From an uncultured Acidobacteriota bacterium (lineage in GTDB: Bacteria > Actinomycetota > Acidimicrobiia > Spongiisociales > ZC4RG35), in the NCBI GenBank assembly GCA_963848695.1, contig CAWKEI010000018.1, forward strand, positions 140,110 to 204,109: a DNA stretch of 64,000 bases, given 5' to 3'. Shown one piece after another: positions 10,116 to 19,638 of the stretch. Under the pieces are notes generated by a model that worked only from the letters and a program-made list of their open reading frames with translations, made no database searches and was not told where the DNA came from. How positions within the stretch are numbered: the first letter of the stretch is position 1; every line of letters starts with the position of its first letter. The translations under genes were made by a program, and so were the position numbers.

Positions 10116-10219
10116 ACCAGATCGGCCATGACCTCCTCGAAGGGGAGGTCCAACTCGAGCAGATAGAACGGCGGGTTGGGCTGTCGTCTCCGCCGCCGCA
10201 GGTTCCGGAAGAATCTCAC
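10091..10219 (-). CDS. Speculative 42-aa Arg-rich small ORF with strong Shine-Dalgarno
   Basis: GAGGAGG-N5-GTG. Product is MRFFRNLRRRRRQPNPPFYLLELDLPFEEVMADLVYPGPSAV. Overlaps the GATase 3' end by 25 nt. Could be a GC-rich-genome artefact. Confidence 0.15.
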   Translation of the reverse strand: MRFFRNLRRRRRQPNPPFYLLELDLPFEEVMADLVYPGPSAV

Positions 10220-10330
10220 ATGCGCCTCCTCGCTACTGACTGCTTGCCGTTGGTGAGTTTCGAATAGCTACTGACAACCATACTGCTAGAGAGTGGTGCA
10301 TTGCAACTAAAAACTCGCTAGGGTGATCAC

Positions 10331-10819
10331 ATGTCCCGCAAGTCGCTTCAGCATCTCGAGTGCGCGGTGGCCAACACCGTGGAGATGGTCAACGACTCCT
10401 GGACGATCCTGGTCCTCCGCGACGCCTTTCTCGGTGTGCGCCGATTCGACGAATTCGTCAACGACCTGGGTATCGCCCGGAACGTGTTGAGCGATCGGCT
10501 CGAACGGCTGGTGGCCAATGGGATGCTGGAGACCCGCATCTATCAAGATCGCCCACCGAGATACGAGTATCGGCTAACCGAGCAGGGCAAGGACCTCTTC
10601 GATGTGCTGATGACTCTTTGGAGCTATGGGGAGCGGTGGAAGCCGCCGTCGCCGAGCGAGCGGCAGCGGGTGATTCACGTCAATTGCGGGAATGAAGCCC
10701 AAGCGGTCACCCATTGCGCCAATTGCGGTGAGCGATTGACCCGCCACGACGTCAGGATCGAGCCCACGTTGCCGGTGGTCAGGAGCCGAGCAGACGAGGT
10801 GCTGGTCGCCGGGATATGA
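10331..10819 (+). CDS. HxlR-family transcriptional regulator with C-terminal Cys/His extension
   Basis: The HxlR wHTH core (WTILVLRDAFLGVRRFDEFVNDLGIARNVLSDRLERLV) is followed by an extra ~40-aa tail containing CGNEAQAVTHCANCGE. Confidence 0.8.
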   Translation: MSRKSLQHLECAVANTVEMVNDSWTILVLRDAFLGVRRFDEFVNDLGIARNVLSDRLERLVANGMLETRIYQDRPPRYEYRLTEQGKDLFDVLMTLWSYGERWKPPSPSERQRVIHVNCGNEAQAVTHCANCGERLTRHDVRIEPTLPVVRSRADEVLVAGI

Positions 10820-13036
10820 CCGCGTCGACTGACTTCAGGACTTGCCCGCTATGTGAAGCGACCTGCGGTCTCGAAGATCAGTCACGAGGACGAGAAGGAT
10901 CATTCGGATCCGGGGTGATCGGGAGGATGTGTTCAGCCACGGCTACATCTGTCCCAAGGGCTCTACGCTCGGCAAGCTCGACGAGGACCCGGACCGACTG
11001 CGCACCCCCCTGATCCTGCGCAACGGTGTCCATGAGCCCGCCACCTGGGACGAGGCCTTCGCTGTCATCGAATCACGTCTTTTGCCCATCATCGCCGAGC
11101 ATGGCAACGGGTCGGTCGGCGTCTACCTGGGGAACCCCAACGTCCATTCGATGTCGGGGACGCTCTACCCGCGGGTGTTCCTCAAGATGCTGGGGACGAA
11201 GAGCATCTTCAGTGCGGCGACCGTCGACCAGATGCCGAAGCACGTGTCATCCGGTCTCATGTTCGGCCACCCCGATCTGATCCCGGTGCCCGACCTCGAC
11301 CGGACGTCCTATCTCCTCATGCTGGGGGCCAACCCCCTCGAGTCGAATGGGAGCCTGGCCACCGCCCCCGATTGGCCCGGTCGCCTCCAGGCGATCAGAG
11401 AACGAGGCGGCAAAGTCGTCGTGGTCGACCCGAGAAGGACAAAGACCGCCGACGCGGCAGACGAGCACGTATTCATCCGTCCCGGCGCCGATGCGCTGCT
11501 GCTCTTCGCGCTGGCCAATGTTCTGTTCGATGAGAGCCTGATCGATCTCGGCGAGCTGGAGGCCCTCGTCGCAGGTGTCGGCGAGATGGCGGCTGCGGTC
11601 GAGCCGTTCGGCCCGGAGGACGTTGCGGAGCCGACCGGCATCGACGCCGATCGGATTCGCCGGCTCGCCCGCGAGCTTGCGGCAGACGGAGACGGCCGCC
11701 GTGTATGGCCGGATAGGCACGCACACCGCCGAGTTCGGGACGATGTCATCGTGGATGGTCGACGTCCTCAATGTCCTCACCGGCAATCTCGACCGGGCGG
11801 GTGGGGCGATGTTCTCCCACGCTGCACACGAACAGCCGAGGTCACCGAGGGGATTCCAGGTCGGCAGATGGCATAGCCGGGTCAAGGGGCTGCCCGAGGT
11901 GCGAGGTGAGCTCCCGGTGTCGACGATGGCAGACGAGATCCTGGAGCCGGGTCCCGGGCAGATTCGCGCGTTGGTCACCATCGCCGGGAACCCGATCCTC
12001 TCCACACCTTCCAGCGATCGTCTGGATGCGGCTCTCGCCGGGCTCGACTTAATGGTGTCGCTGGACATCTACCTCAACGAGACATCGCGTCACGCCGATG
12101 TCATCCTTCCGGGTGCCTCTCCCTTGAGACGCTCTCACTACGACTTCGCGTTCAATCAGCTCTCGGTCCGCAATGTCGCCAACTACTCCCCGCCCCTGTT
12201 TCCGCTGCCCTCGGAAACGCCCGATGAATGGCAGGTGCTGCTCCGCCTCGGCGCCATCGTGTCCGGCCAAGGCAGCGATGCCGACCTCGACGGACTCGAC
12301 GACGGTGTGTTCGGGATCATGGTCGGCTCCGCAGTGGGCGATCCCAAGTCATCGATCCATGGCCGTGACCCGGAGGAGATCTTCGCCGCGACCACCGGCG
12401 AGCGGGGCCCGGAGCGGATGCTCGACTTCCTGGTTCGCACCGGCCCTTACGGCGATGGCTACGGCTCCGATCCCGACGGACTCACTCTGGCTCGATTGGA
12501 GGAGGCGACTCATGGGATCGACTTCGGCCCGCTCCATCCCCGGCTGCCCCAGGCGCTCTGCACCCCCTCGAGGATGATCGAGCTCTCCCCGGAGCCACTG
12601 CTGGCCGACGTGCCCCGGTTGCGGGCGTCGATCGACCAGGGAGCCGAATGGCGGCTTTCGCCTGATCGGGCGGAGACATGTGCGCTCCAACAACTCATGG
12701 ATGCACAACATCGACGTGCTGGTGAAAGGCAAGGAACGCTGCACGCTTCAGATCAACACCACCGACGCAGCTCGAATTGGCGTCAGCGAAGCCGGCAAGG
12801 TGAAGGTCTCCTCGGCCGCCGGCATGGTCACCGTGCCCGTGGAGATAAGTGAGGACATCATGCCCGGCGTGGTCAGCCTGCCCCACGGCTGGGGACATGA
12901 TCTCGAGGGCTCTTCCTTGTCGGTGGCTGCCGAACGCCCCGGAGTCAACACCAACCGCCTCTCCACCGGCGACATGGACCCGATCTCCGGCAACGCCATC
13001 CTCAACGGCATCGAGGTCGAGGTGGTCCCCGTCTGA
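10816..13036 (+). pseudogene. Molybdopterin oxidoreductase (FdhF/formate-dehydrogenase-like), disrupted by four single-base frameshifts
   Basis: N-terminal 4Fe-4S motif CPLCEATCGLE, then RIRGDREDVFSHGYICPKG in a different frame (two +1 shifts near 10876 and 10898). Third shift near 11685 (ELAA|TETAAVYGRIG). Fourth near 12640 (ASIDQ|EPNGGFRLIGRRHVRSNNSWMHN). Each is resolved by removing one G in a G-containing run. The C-terminal molybdopterin dinucleotide-binding domain is present. Confidence 0.8.
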
Positions 13037-13079
13037 CGTAGGCCTCTTGCCGTCAGAGCGAAGTGGCTAGGTTGCCCTG

Positions 13080-13596
13080 ATGGAAACTTGGGACGCCATC
13101 ACCGACGCGTCGCGCCACCAGGGAGTACGCCACGACTCCGCTCGCAGAGTCGGACCTCGAGCGGATCCTGGATGCGGGTCGTCGGGCTCCGTCCTCCCGC
13201 AACGACCAGAGATGGGACTTCATCCTGATCCGTGATCATGGGCAACTGGAGAAGATCTCCAATGTCTGGCAAGGGGCCGGCCACATCGCCAACGCTGCAG
13301 CGGCGATCGGACTGGTGGCCCCATTCAGCGAAGATCTCCGTCTCACCGCATCGATCAATTACGACCTGGGACAGGCAGCCATGTCGATGATGATCGCCGC
13401 AGCCGACCTCGGGATCGGGAGCCGGACCGCTTCGGTTCACGACTACGAGCTTGGCTCAGACGTCCTTGGCCTCCCCGACGACCGGCGGCTCACCTGGCTG
13501 CTCGGGCTCGGGTACCCGGGCGACCGGCCCTTGAAGCCGATCCAGAACCCGGCCCGTCGCCCCCTCGACGAGGTTGTCCACCACGATCGATGGTGA
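13080..13596 (+). pseudogene. Nitroreductase family protein with N-terminal +1 frameshift
   Basis: METWDAITD in the ATG frame, then RRATREYATTPLAESDLERILDAGRRAPSSRNDQRWDFILIRD in the +1 frame from ~13107. No alternative start exists in the downstream frame. Confidence 0.7.
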
Positions 13597-14489
13597 CGAT
13601 CATGGCGATGGTGACTCCTGTCAGCCGCTCGACTCCCGATCGATGGCCCGCTCGATCTCAAAGCCTCGCTTCGCCCATACATGGGTGGTTCGCCGACGAT
13701 GGCTGGTGGCTGACGGCGCGTACCCCGCTCGGGCCGGGCTCGCTTCGGATCAGCCGAAGCAGGGAGGAGCTCTTTGGTGACGCCTGGGGGGACGGCGGGC
13801 CTTGGCTGCTGGACCGTCTCGGCGGCATCGCCGGGCTCGGTGACGACCCTACGGAATTCGAAACCGACCATCCCGTGGTCGGGGAGTTGCACCGGCGTCA
13901 CCCTGGCTGGCGTTTCGGGAGGACCGATCTGGTCTTCGATGCGCTGGTGCGTGCCATTTGCGGTCAGAAGGTGACCGGAGCAGAGGCGATAGCGGCGCTT
14001 CGGGGGCTGCGGCGACAATTCGGTGATCCGGCGCCGGGGCCGCGGGAGTTGCGTCTGCCCCCGGACCCGGAGCGGATGGCACGTGCCCCGTACTGGGTCT
14101 ATCACGGGCTGCACCTGGAGAAGCGACGGGCGGATCTCCTCAAAAGGGTGGCGGCGACGGCGGTCCGCATCGATAAGTCGAGATACGAAAGCCCGTCAGA
14201 GGCGGCGGCTCAGCTGGTCTCGATCCAGGGGGTGGGACCCTGGACGGTGTCGAAGACCATCTCGATTTCGCACGGCGACGCCGACCAGGTCGACGTCGGC
14301 GACTTCCATCTCAAGCACATAGTGGTCCATCACCTCACCGGTCGGCCCAGGGGGACAGATGAGGAGATGCTCGAGCTGCTCGAGCCCTTCCGCCCTCATC
14401 GGGGACGGGTGACCCGGCTGCTTCACACCTTGGGGCATGAGCCGAGCTTTGGCCCCCGGTTGGCCCCGAAGGACGTCACCCGGATCTGA
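13590..14489 (+). CDS. alkA: DNA-3-methyladenine glycosylase II / HhH-GPD family (AlkA-like)
   Basis: 299 aa with HhH-GPD features (VSIQGVGPWTVSKTIS, catalytic D in GDADQVDVGDFHL). Start overlaps the nitroreductase stop (ATGGTGA). Confidence 0.8.
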   Translation: MVTIMAMVTPVSRSTPDRWPARSQSLASPIHGWFADDGWWLTARTPLGPGSLRISRSREELFGDAWGDGGPWLLDRLGGIAGLGDDPTEFETDHPVVGELHRRHPGWRFGRTDLVFDALVRAICGQKVTGAEAIAALRGLRRQFGDPAPGPRELRLPPDPERMARAPYWVYHGLHLEKRRADLLKRVAATAVRIDKSRYESPSEAAAQLVSIQGVGPWTVSKTISISHGDADQVDVGDFHLKHIVVHHLTGRPRGTDEEMLELLEPFRPHRGRVTRLLHTLGHEPSFGPRLAPKDVTRI

Positions 14490-14844
14490 GTGAGGGCTCC
14501 TCGGGCGTCTGCTCCATCGGTCTGAGGAGAATCACGCCGGAGACAGCGACCATGATGAGCAGGACGTAGAAGAGGCTGGTCGGAAGAGCGGAGCAGATGA
14601 ACATCCCGATCCAACCGATAGCGCGGTTCATCGGCGTCCGAAACTTCGTCGGGCCGTCGATGCTCAGCAAGAAGAGCGTGCCGCCGATGGCGCCGGCCAA
14701 CCCGACCCCGAGCACGACCAACAACATCCAGCGGGGCTCATAAGCGTTGGATCCTGTGACTGTTTCGAGCAGATTGATGCTGAACATCCAGGCTCCATAG
14801 AGCAGGACGACGAGGCCAGTCAGCCTCGCGAAGATGCGCAACAC
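14476..14844 (-). CDS. Hypothetical integral membrane protein (122 aa)
   Basis: Three or four hydrophobic helices and no recognisable family. Confidence 0.5.
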   Translation of the reverse strand: MLRIFARLTGLVVLLYGAWMFSINLLETVTGSNAYEPRWMLLVVLGVGLAGAIGGTLFLLSIDGPTKFRTPMNRAIGWIGMFICSALPTSLFYVLLIMVAVSGVILLRPMEQTPEEPSLRSG

Positions 14845-14868
14845 CAGGTCATCCTACGATCCACGGCG

Positions 14869-15276
14869 ATGATCACCTATCGCACCGGTAACGACATCGA
14901 TCTCGGCGAGATGATCGATGTATACGTCGATTCGACCCTCGGCGAGCGCCGTCCCGTTTCTGACCGTGCTCGGATGGGCAGGATGCTCCAAGACGCAGAT
15001 CTAGTGATCTCAGCCTGGGACCAGGACCTGATGGTCGGGATCTCGCGGTCTGTCACCGATTGGGTGTACTGCACCTATCTCTCCGACCTCGCGGTTCGAG
15101 CCGACTACCAGGGGCAGGGGATCGGGAAGGAGCTCGTCCGCCTCACCAGGGAGGCGACACCGGATGCCTCGGTCATCCTCCTCGCGGCCCCGGCGGCTGT
15201 CGACTACTACCCCAAAATCGGGATGACGCGTCACGAGAGCGCCTGGGTCCTCTGGCCGGGAGAGTTCCCCGTCTAA
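14869..15276 (+). CDS. GNAT family N-acetyltransferase
   Basis: 135 aa. Acetyl-CoA binding motif A-like AVRADYQGQGIGKELV. Confidence 0.75.
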   Translation: MITYRTGNDIDLGEMIDVYVDSTLGERRPVSDRARMGRMLQDADLVISAWDQDLMVGISRSVTDWVYCTYLSDLAVRADYQGQGIGKELVRLTREATPDASVILLAAPAAVDYYPKIGMTRHESAWVLWPGEFPV

Positions 15277-16161
15277 TCCCGCTCCAACCAGGCGACGATC
15301 AGATCGCCGACGACGGCGGGGTCTTGCATCTCGGCATGGCGGGCACCTTCCACCACCTCGACCACGGCCTCAGAACCGCCTTCGGTCAGGGCGGCGGCGA
15401 AATCGGTGGCGAAGCTCAGGTCGAGCAGTGCGTCCTCATCGCCGTGCATCAGCAGACTGGACAGCGCGGGGTTGTTCGCGGCCTGGTTCAGGGGATTGCC
15501 GGCCTGCCAGAGCGCCGGATTCTCGTTGGGGGGCACCCCGAAGAACGGCACGATCAAGGGCCCGAGGCGGCTCACGTCGTAAGGCCCGGCCAGGCCGATC
15601 AGCCGATCCGGGACTACCGGCTCTGTCAGTGGACAGTCGTCTCCGTATATGCCTTGGTCCAGGGCAGTCAAGGCTGCGATATGGGCGCCCGCAGAGTGGC
15701 CCATCACTGCGACCGTGCCATCGCCATCTGGATGACCGGCTGCGTGGCGGATGGCGCACGCGACGTCGTCGACAGCGGCCGGGTACCCGGCGACACCATT
15801 GGAGAGTGTGTACGGGGTGTTGACGGTGAGCCAGCCCTCACTGGTGAGGAATCGAGCGAGATCGGCCATCAGTTCCGGCGAGCCGCCGACCCAGCCGCCG
15901 CCATGCACCAGGACGATGGTCGGGAACGGGCCTTCCCCCTCGGGTACGCGTACTTCGAGACGAAGGTCGATGGGAGGCGCCGAGGTGGTGGGCGACGAGG
16001 TGGTCGACTCAGGAATGGTCTGGATCGATGTCGTGGTCGTGAGAGCTCGAGGACACGGGGGTTCGATCCTCCGAAGCCGAGTCGCATGCCGCCACGACCA
16101 ACAACCCCAGGGCCCATGGGATCAGCCGACGAGAGATGCCGCCTCCCGGTCGAGATACCAC
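15273..16161 (-). pseudogene. Alpha/beta-hydrolase lipoprotein esterase (HGGG oxyanion-hole type), one frameshift after the lipobox
   Basis: GTG start, signal peptide VSRPGGGISRRLIPWALGLLVVAAC with lipobox. A single-base shift near 16040 joins it to a Ser/Thr/Pro-rich linker and PFPTIVLVHGGGW...GHSAG (nucleophile elbow). Confidence 0.65.
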
Positions 16162-16800
16162 TCCACGGCCGCATCGCCCTCGCCGAGTCGGCCCGCCGGG
16201 GTAGTCCCCTGGAAGCTCGCCCGCACCGCTGATGCCTTGGCAGCGCCCACCACGAGGACAATGAGCAACCTGGCTTTCCAGAGCAGGTTGAACGTCGCGG
16301 TGAGCCGGTCTTCGCCCATCGCGGGGACGTGGTTGGCGACGAACCATCGACTCTGCTCGTCGAGGGCGGGTGTGTCCGGGAACAGCGAGGCGGTGTGCCC
16401 ATCCTCGCCCATCCCGAGCACCACCACATCGGGGGGACGGTCGTGGTGGATGGACCGGAGGCGCGCCTCGTAATGAGCGGCGGAGTCTTCCGGCTCGATC
16501 AACTCACCCCATATCGGCCGGTGAAAGACGGCGTCGACATGGTCGAGCAATGCGATGGCAGCCATCTGCCCGTTCGACCGCTCGTGATCGTGGGAAACCC
16601 ACCGCTCGTCCGACAGCCAAGCGTCGACCCGGTCCCAACCGGTGGCCTTGTCTCGCAGATCTCTGTAGGTGGCCTCAGGCGTGGAGCCACCGGCCAGGCC
16701 GAGGGAGAATCGCTCGGGTGGAGGCGGATATGAGCTCGCTCACCCTCCGGGATGCTGCCTCGGCGACCCCAGCCGGCGTGTCGTGAACCAGCATCTCCAT
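16122..16800 (-). pseudogene. pgl: 6-phosphogluconolactonase (Pgl/DevB) with one frameshift
   Basis: MEMLVHDTPAGVAEAASRRVSELI, then a shift near 16712 into RFSLGLAGGSTPEATY...VVLGMGEDGHTASLFP (Pgl signature). Confidence 0.7.
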
Positions 16801-16831
16801 CGGCTCACGGTAACTGCCGTACATTGGCGCC

Positions 16832-17494
16832 ATGGCAGCCAAGACCACCATCACCTGGCCTGATGGCCGGGTGACCGGCCGGCTCAGCGGTTCCGGCCCT
16901 GACGGGATCCTCCTCGCCCACGGCGCCGGCACCGATCAGGACCATCCTTTCATGACCGGGCTCAGGGAGGGGTTGGCCGGGGCGGGGCACACCGTGATGA
17001 CGTTCAACTATGCCTACACCGAGCGGGGATCGAAGCGACCCGATCGCACCGAGCGGCTGCTCGAGGCCCATCGAGCTGCCGCGGATCTGCTCGCCGGCAA
17101 GGTCGATCGTCTCTTCCTGGCGGGCCGGTCGATGGGAGGGCGCATGGCTACTTACCTGGTAGCCGATGGATATCCGGCTGCCGGTGTCGTCCTCTATGCG
17201 TATCCCCTGCACCCGGCAGGCCGTGAAGACCGGCTTCGTGCTGACCATTTCCAGAACGTGCATGTGCCGATGCTCTTCTTCCAGGGCACGCGGGATGCGC
17301 TGAGCCGCATGGAGCTCTTCGACACTCACGTCCGTTCCCTACCCGACGCAACGGTCGAACTGCTCGACGGCGCCAGCCATTCGTTCCGCGGCGGAGGGTG
17401 GACGGAACAGGCCATGCTCGAACGCCTGGTCACGGGGACGAGCGCCTGGATCGGGGCGCCCTCATCTGGCACAAGCCGCGGGACCGGGCCATAA
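16832..17494 (+). CDS. Alpha/beta hydrolase (dienelactone-hydrolase-like / predicted hydrolase of alpha/beta fold)
   Basis: 220 aa. GRSMGG nucleophile elbow and ILLAHGAG N-terminal motif. Confidence 0.7.
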   Translation: MAAKTTITWPDGRVTGRLSGSGPDGILLAHGAGTDQDHPFMTGLREGLAGAGHTVMTFNYAYTERGSKRPDRTERLLEAHRAAADLLAGKVDRLFLAGRSMGGRMATYLVADGYPAAGVVLYAYPLHPAGREDRLRADHFQNVHVPMLFFQGTRDALSRMELFDTHVRSLPDATVELLDGASHSFRGGGWTEQAMLERLVTGTSAWIGAPSSGTSRGTGP

Positions 17495-17530
17495 TTGAGT
17501 CCTCACCCACCTCATCGAGGAGCCCTTTAG

Positions 17531-18220
17531 ATGTCTTCGCAAATCACGCTGAGCGCCGAGACGGGCCGGCCCACCGGTTCGCGCGAGTCGCGCCGTCTCC
17601 GAAAGACCGGGAGAGTCCCAGCGATCGTCTACGGAAAGACCATCGACCCGATCAACGTCGCGGTCGACGCCCATGATCTCCACTTGGCCCTCCACACCGA
17701 AGCAGGCGCCAACGCCCTGATCAACCTCGAGATCGAAGGCCAGGACGTGGTCCTGACCATGGCCAGGGTGATCGAGCGCCATCCGTTCCGCAACGAGTAC
17801 CGCCACATCGACTTCGTCACTGTTTCGCTCGACGAGACGGTCCACGCCGAGGTCGTCATCCATTTCCTGGGGACACCTGTCGGCGTTGTCGAGGGCGGGG
17901 TGCTGTCACCGAGCAAGACCCACGTCATCGTGGAGACGCTGGCCACCTCCATTCCCTCCGGCATCGAGCTCGACATCTCCGGGGTGGAGATGGGAGACGC
18001 CCTGCGCATCGCCGACCTCCCCGAGCTCGAAGGCGTGATCTACACCGAAGATCCCGAGACGGTGCTCATGAGCGTCACTGCACCGGCCGCCGAGATCGAA
18101 GAAGAGCCTGAGGAGCTCGAAGGTGAGGAGCTCGAAGGTGAGGCCGCCGAGGGCGAGGAGCCGGATGGCCAGGCTGAAGAATCTGCTGCAGGCGAAGCCG
18201 GGAGCGAGTCGGGGGAGTAG
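17531..18220 (+). CDS. rplY: 50S ribosomal protein L25 / general stress protein Ctc
   Basis: L25/Ctc N-terminal domain (RKTGRVPAIVYGK) with a long acidic C-terminal tail containing an 18-nt tandem repeat (EELEGE x2). Confidence 0.9.
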   Translation: MSSQITLSAETGRPTGSRESRRLRKTGRVPAIVYGKTIDPINVAVDAHDLHLALHTEAGANALINLEIEGQDVVLTMARVIERHPFRNEYRHIDFVTVSLDETVHAEVVIHFLGTPVGVVEGGVLSPSKTHVIVETLATSIPSGIELDISGVEMGDALRIADLPELEGVIYTEDPETVLMSVTAPAAEIEEEPEELEGEELEGEAAEGEEPDGQAEESAAGEAGSESGE

Positions 18221-18809
18221 CCCGGCCAAGGCGGTCATCGGTCTGCGCAACCCCGGGGCTGACTACGAAGGCACCCGCCACAACTCGGGTTACGAGGTGC
18301 TGGCGCGCGTCCTGGATCGGGCAGGCGAGGCGCTCGGCCGGGGCCCGTCACGAGTCAGGGCGCAGGTGACCCAGGTCGGGGTGGGTGACGACCGGGTCCT
18401 CTATGCGGTGCCCATGACCTACATGAACGAGTCGGGCCGTGCGGTCCGCTCATTGCTCGATTACTTCGGGCTCGTCCCCGAAGCCATCCTCGTCTTGCAC
18501 GATGACATCGATCTCTCGTTCGGGAGACTCCGGCTCCAGGTGGGCGGGGGCAGTGGGGGCAACAACGGCGTCCGTTCCATCGAAGCAGCGCTCGGGACCA
18601 AGGACTTCAACCGTCTCAAGCTCGGTGTTGGTCGCCCGCCGGGTCAGATGGACCCGGCCGACTTCGTGTTGCGCCCGTTCACCAAATCCGAGCAAGCCGA
18701 AGTCGCGCTGATGATCGAGGATGCCGCCGATGTCGTCGAGCTGTGGGCCACCGACCCTGCCCGCGCCCAGGAGATGGCTGCCCACCGGGGTCGGGAACAG
18801 TCTTCCTGA
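18165..18809 (+). CDS. pth: Peptidyl-tRNA hydrolase
   Basis: VIGLRNPG...HNSGY...LVLHDDIDL motifs. Start uncertain (ATG 18165 or 18123), overlapping the rplY 3' end. Confidence 0.8.
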   Translation: MARLKNLLQAKPGASRGSSPAKAVIGLRNPGADYEGTRHNSGYEVLARVLDRAGEALGRGPSRVRAQVTQVGVGDDRVLYAVPMTYMNESGRAVRSLLDYFGLVPEAILVLHDDIDLSFGRLRLQVGGGSGGNNGVRSIEAALGTKDFNRLKLGVGRPPGQMDPADFVLRPFTKSEQAEVALMIEDAADVVELWATDPARAQEMAAHRGREQSS

Positions 18810-18832
18810 CGGCTCGTTAGCCTCCGGCCACG

Positions 18833-19630
18833 ATGTCCTCGGCCGAAAACCGCGCCCGATTCGCCGAGCTGCACAAGGCCGGTTGCTTCATCATCCCCAA
18901 TGCCTGGGACATCGGGTCGGCTCGCATCCTCGGGTCGCTCGGATTCGTGGCGATCGCCACGACCAGTTCGGGCCATGCCGCGACGCTGGGACGGATGGAC
19001 CAACAGGTAACCCTCGAGGAATTGCTTACCCATGTGCGCGCTCTGGTGGATTCGGTCGACCTCCCGGTCAGCGTGGACGCCGAGCGATGCTTCGCCGACA
19101 CTTCCGCCGGGGTCGCCCGCACGGTGGAGGAGATCGCGGCAACCGGTGCAGCCGGCGTCTCCATAGAGGATTACGCCCCGCGTAGGGGGATCGACCCGGT
19201 CGAGGTCGCCTCGGAGCGGGTGGCTGCCGCTGCCGAAGTGACGAGATCTGCAGGGATGGTTCTCACTGCCCGGGCCGAGAATCACCTCTATGGCGTCGAG
19301 GATCTGGACGACACCATCGCCCGGCTCCAGGCATATCGGCAGGCCGGTGCCGACGTCGTGTATGCGCCCGGTCTGGCCGACGTCAGCCAGATCGAAAGGG
19401 TGGTCGTCGAGACCGAAGCCCCGGTCAACGTGTTGGCTCGCGCCGACGGACCTGCCGTCTCGGCCTTGTCGGAGGCAGGCGTCCGCCGGGTGTCGACGGG
19501 TGGCGCGCTCGCGTTTGCCGCGTATGGGGCGATGGCCGCTGCGGGCAGGGAATTGTTGACAAAAGGCACCTCCACCTACACCGCCCGGTCGTTGACGATG
19601 GACGATCGCCGCGCCGCCTTCGACCGGTAG
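18833..19630 (+). CDS. Isocitrate lyase/PEP mutase superfamily protein (2-methylisocitrate lyase / carboxyvinyl-carboxyphosphonate phosphorylmutase-like)
   Basis: 265 aa. [14 protein letters not shown]...GVSIED motif characteristic of the ICL/PEPM family. Confidence 0.75.
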   Translation: MSSAENRARFAELHKAGCFIIPNAWDIGSARILGSLGFVAIATTSSGHAATLGRMDQQVTLEELLTHVRALVDSVDLPVSVDAERCFADTSAGVARTVEEIAATGAAGVSIEDYAPRRGIDPVEVASERVAAAAEVTRSAGMVLTARAENHLYGVEDLDDTIARLQAYRQAGADVVYAPGLADVSQIERVVVETEAPVNVLARADGPAVSALSEAGVRRVSTGGALAFAAYGAMAAAGRELLTKGTSTYTARSLTMDDRRAAFDR

Positions 19631-19638
19631 GAGATCGG

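Noticed and set aside
18109-18144. 18-nt tandem repeat GAGGAGCTCGAAGGTGAG x2 in the rplY 3' end
   Set aside because: It encodes the acidic low-complexity tail (EELEGE repeats) common in actinobacterial L25/Ctc. Not an independent feature.
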